Virus record (IMG/VR): IMGVR_UViG_3300041955_001975
Span: 1-26,737 of that record
Reading direction: 5' to 3' (one strand)
DNA length: 26,737 nt
From: a virus
Taxonomy: Duplodnaviria; Heunggongvirae; Uroviricota; Caudoviricetes
The first letter of the stretch is position 1, and each line of letters starts with the position of its first letter. The notes under the pieces were generated by a model that was given only the letters and a program-made list of their open reading frames with translations, was not told the origin of the DNA and searched no databases. Shown here one piece after another: positions 23,974 to 26,737 of this stretch. Made by a program: the position numbers and the translations under genes.

Positions 23974-24665
23974 GGGAGCAATTCCTGGAACTTGGACGAG
24001 CCGATGCGGGTGCAACCCATGTCCAGGTAACGGACTGCATCAGCGTAAGTGTTGATCCCGCCGCTGGCCTTGACTCCGCACCAATAATCGCCCCTTACGG
24101 CGTCAAGCATGATCCGCACCACGTCTGGGGTTGCTCCGTGCGGGGCGACGCCGGTCGAGGTCTTGATGTAATCCACGCCGCAATCAGCGCACAGGCGGGA
24201 GGCGTCCCTTATCTGGGACGGCGTGTAATAGCAAGTCTCCAGGATGGCTTTGACGATCGCCCCTCGCGGGCGGGCCTCGGCGACAATCTGGGTCAGCTCG
24301 GTCCTTATTGGGCCCGGATCGCCATCCAGGAGCCGGCCGTAGTTGACCACTACGTCGATCTCCTTCGCCCCGGAACCCATTGCCTCCACGGCCTCCACCG
24401 TCTTGGTAAACGGAGTGGTGTTGCCGTGCGGGAAACCGACAACAGCACACACTCGGTCCGTATAAAGAGTTGCAAAACAGACAAAACTGGTTGGGACGCA
24501 GACGGATTTTATTCCGTAGCGGTTCACCATCTCGCAGGCTGCGCGCACCTCGGCCGCCGTTGCGGTGGGCTTCAACACTGCCAGGTCCAGGGAGTCGGCA
24601 ATGCGCTTTACAGCGGTTGCGCGGTCGTCGGGTGTGGCTTCAGGCTCGATCTGATTGTTGTTCAT
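23970..24665 (-). CDS. deoC: deoxyribose-phosphate aldolase
   Basis: VVGFPHG, EIDVV, VKAILET, Schiff-base DYIKTSTG, GVKASGGI, RIGSS. Confidence 0.95.
   Translation of the reverse strand: MNNNQIEPEATPDDRATAVKRIADSLDLAVLKPTATAAEVRAACEMVNRYGIKSVCVPTSFVCFATLYTDRVCAVVGFPHGNTTPFTKTVEAVEAMGSGAKEIDVVVNYGRLLDGDPGPIRTELTQIVAEARPRGAIVKAILETCYYTPSQIRDASRLCADCGVDYIKTSTGVAPHGATPDVVRIMLDAVRGDYWCGVKASGGINTYADAVRYLDMGCTRIGSSKFQELLP
24465..24492 (-). promoter_or_regulatory. bipartite conserved motif copy 4 (inside deoC)
   Basis: AACCAGTTTT-GTCTG-TTTTGCAACTCTT, perfect match to both half-sites. Confidence 0.5.
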
Positions 24666-25486
24666 TGCTGTTGGCAGTGGTGTTGGTTGACCTCAAAGCC
24701 GAGAAACTGGTGCCCTAGCATCCGAGCTGCCCGTCCTGTTGTCCCGCTGCCCATGAATGGATCGAAGACGATTCCAGACTTCATGCCCGATGCTTTGATG
24801 CACTGGAGCGGGAGGTCAATTGGAAAGGTGGAACAGTGGCCAGTCCGGTTCGGTCGCTGAAGCAGCTTCCAAACCGACCCGAGGGGAGGCTTGACCTGGA
24901 ACAGGTGGCGTTCGCTCTTGGCGAAGATGTAGATACCCTCGTGTTTACGATGCGGTCGGCGACAGCGGCCCTCTGGCAACGGCCGTGACTTTTCCCAGAT
25001 CACTTCGCCACGGAAAAGGAAGCCAAGATCACATAGGCCGGACACCACGCGGTACGGGATTGCCAGCAGGTTGCCATATTGCAACCACGGGGTGTCCCTG
25101 CGAATACAAGCCCTCCGGCGGCCACGCTTCTTCGTGTAGGCCGAGTTGGTCGCGGGTAGACCTTTGCCGTCTTTGCCCAAGGAACTGTAGCGATAGTCGC
25201 CGGCCTGCCAGTTGATGGGCGTGTTGTAAGCGTCTCCCAGGTTCAGCCACAGTGTCGCACTTGGCTTGAGGCAGCGCATCACCTCCGCAAGGACCGCGAC
25301 CAAGTTGCGTATGTAGTCCCGAGGATCGGGCTCTGAGCCCAGGTCGGCTGAATCGCGCTGGCCCCAGTAGGGTGGGGAAGTTACCGCAACATCGAAGGTG
25401 TCTGACGGGATGCTGCGCATCCCTGCCAGGCAGTCACAGCAGTGCGTCCGGTCCATTTGCCAGTGTCCGATCTTGCCACGGCTCAT
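24662..25486 (-). CDS. DNA amino-methyltransferase (beta class, probably N4-cytosine)
   Basis: AVTSPPYW motif IV, HCSTFPIDLP, VFDPFMGSGTT motif I. Confidence 0.88.
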   Translation of the reverse strand: MSRGKIGHWQMDRTHCCDCLAGMRSIPSDTFDVAVTSPPYWGQRDSADLGSEPDPRDYIRNLVAVLAEVMRCLKPSATLWLNLGDAYNTPINWQAGDYRYSSLGKDGKGLPATNSAYTKKRGRRRACIRRDTPWLQYGNLLAIPYRVVSGLCDLGFLFRGEVIWEKSRPLPEGRCRRPHRKHEGIYIFAKSERHLFQVKPPLGSVWKLLQRPNRTGHCSTFPIDLPLQCIKASGMKSGIVFDPFMGSGTTGRAARMLGHQFLGFEVNQHHCQQQ

Positions 25487-25491
25487 GGGTG

Positions 25492-26592
25492 CTACGCGGC
25501 CTCCCCATTGTCTTCCGCGTTGTTGCGGCCGATGAAGTCGGCCGACTTGCTCTTGAGGACCATTCGGCCGCGCAACACTTCGCTGTAGGTCTCGACGAGC
25601 GGCGTGATGACGATGCCCTCCCGGTCCTTGAACTTGGACTTCACTTCCGTTGCCAGGGTCGTCGGACCGCAGGTTAGGGCCTCGACCATCTTGGGGCTGA
25701 AGGGTCCTTGATAGAGCAGTGGGACCAGTTCGACCCCGAAGTTGTTGCACATCGTTTTCACGATGCTCCAATCGAGATAGTCCCCGTCATCCGTGATGTC
25801 GAACACGCGGTAGCCCAGCTCGCCCGCAGGCACCCCATAGTCGAGATCCTGGACGCCGGGGCCGTACAACTCGCCGAAGACGACGATGTTCCGGCGCTCG
25901 CCGCAGAGCGTGTTGAGCATTGCCAGCAAGCCTTCGTTCTCCAGCGGACGCCAGTAGACGGAAGTCTGGCCCTCCCACTCGCGCTTGCGGTTCTTCTTGT
26001 GTGAGCCAGCCATGAATTGGAACTCGCCCTCGACCTGGATCACGCCGACCCGGCTGTTGGTGCCGTGGATCTTTTCCGTCACGCGGACCGGCGTGCCGAC
26101 CGGGATGGCGTCCGGGTAGCGATAGTGATTCTGGATGTCCGTGTAGATGTGGAAGGCGGGATGCTCGGGAGCCAGGCCACCCCAGGCCGCCCCTTTGATC
26201 TGGCCGTTTCGCCATGTCGGCGGCTCGTACTTCTGGCCGCGGTAGTAGCCGGTCACGTCGCAGCCGGAGCCGGTGTGGGCCATGTCCATTGGAATGTGGG
26301 CGACGAAGCCGTAGCTGGCGACGCTTCGCAGGCGGCAGGCGGCGACACGGCAGGGAATCTTCCGACCGTCCAAGAGCGAACTCTTGAGGTACTTCTGCAC
26401 GCCCAGTTTCTCGGACACGTCGCCGGGGAGAAGCATGTCGGGCGGGAAGTAGACCACCAGATCGCCGGCCTGGTACTCGCCTTTGGGCACGACGCATTGC
26501 GTGCCGAGAATCCTGGCGACCTCCAGCCGATCGGCCTGCGGGTGCGGCTCGACGGCCTTGATGCTTTCGACGGTGATGCTAATGTCGGACAT
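25492..26592 (-). CDS. ATP-dependent RNA ligase, DRB0094-like family
   Basis: N-terminal OB-like HPQADRLEVA, adenylation motif VTEKIHGTN, FGELYG, FDI, REGIV, LKSKS. Confidence 0.9.
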   Translation of the reverse strand: MSDISITVESIKAVEPHPQADRLEVARILGTQCVVPKGEYQAGDLVVYFPPDMLLPGDVSEKLGVQKYLKSSLLDGRKIPCRVAACRLRSVASYGFVAHIPMDMAHTGSGCDVTGYYRGQKYEPPTWRNGQIKGAAWGGLAPEHPAFHIYTDIQNHYRYPDAIPVGTPVRVTEKIHGTNSRVGVIQVEGEFQFMAGSHKKNRKREWEGQTSVYWRPLENEGLLAMLNTLCGERRNIVVFGELYGPGVQDLDYGVPAGELGYRVFDITDDGDYLDWSIVKTMCNNFGVELVPLLYQGPFSPKMVEALTCGPTTLATEVKSKFKDREGIVITPLVETYSEVLRGRMVLKSKSADFIGRNNAEDNGEAA

Positions 26593-26690
26593 GAGCGCAG
26601 ACTTTCAGACAGTTGGGGTTTGGGGGATCGCCAAAGACGTTCAGCGAGTTGTCAGATGCGAGAAGAGAGCAGATCGCGGTGTGCTTTCGG

Positions 26691-26721
26691 CCTCGTTGGC
26701 TTGGGAGGCTGCGGCACAATC
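26691..26721. repeat. 31-nt element, copy 2 (upstream of RNA ligase)
   Basis: 27/31 identical to 5680-5710, same strand. Confidence 0.6.
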
Positions 26722-26737
26722 TGGAATCAAACGACAG

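Overview
This GC-rich window looks like part of a large dsDNA phage or prophage: many short, co-oriented minus-strand ORFs with overlapping start/stop codons, four orphan DNA methyltransferases, an RNA ligase, two nucleases, an SPFH protein and a tRNA-like gene, but no structural genes. The main feature is a compact type II CRISPR module at about 0.9-4.5 kb, entirely on the minus strand. It comprises a 5-repeat/4-spacer mini-array, a tracrRNA-like anti-repeat RNA, and a 989-aa Cas9 with intact RuvC and HNH sites and extra Zn-binding motifs (Cas9d/SMART-I-like). No cas1/cas2 is present in the window. A second, decayed repeat-30 nt spacer-repeat unit is embedded in the last codons of the cas9 ORF. 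A bipartite 28-nt motif (AACCAGTTTT-N5-TTTTGCAACTCTT) occurs four times in the same orientation, once directly upstream of the tracrRNA, suggesting the module is tied into the element's own regulon. Other oddities: a tRNA with an apparently 5-nt anticodon loop, an inverted tandem pair of WG-repeat genes, a coupled NDT-like/deoC gene pair, a 385-nt dual-frame overlap and a 31-nt hairpin element repeated 21 kb apart. All family calls come from motif recognition by eye; no database searches were run.
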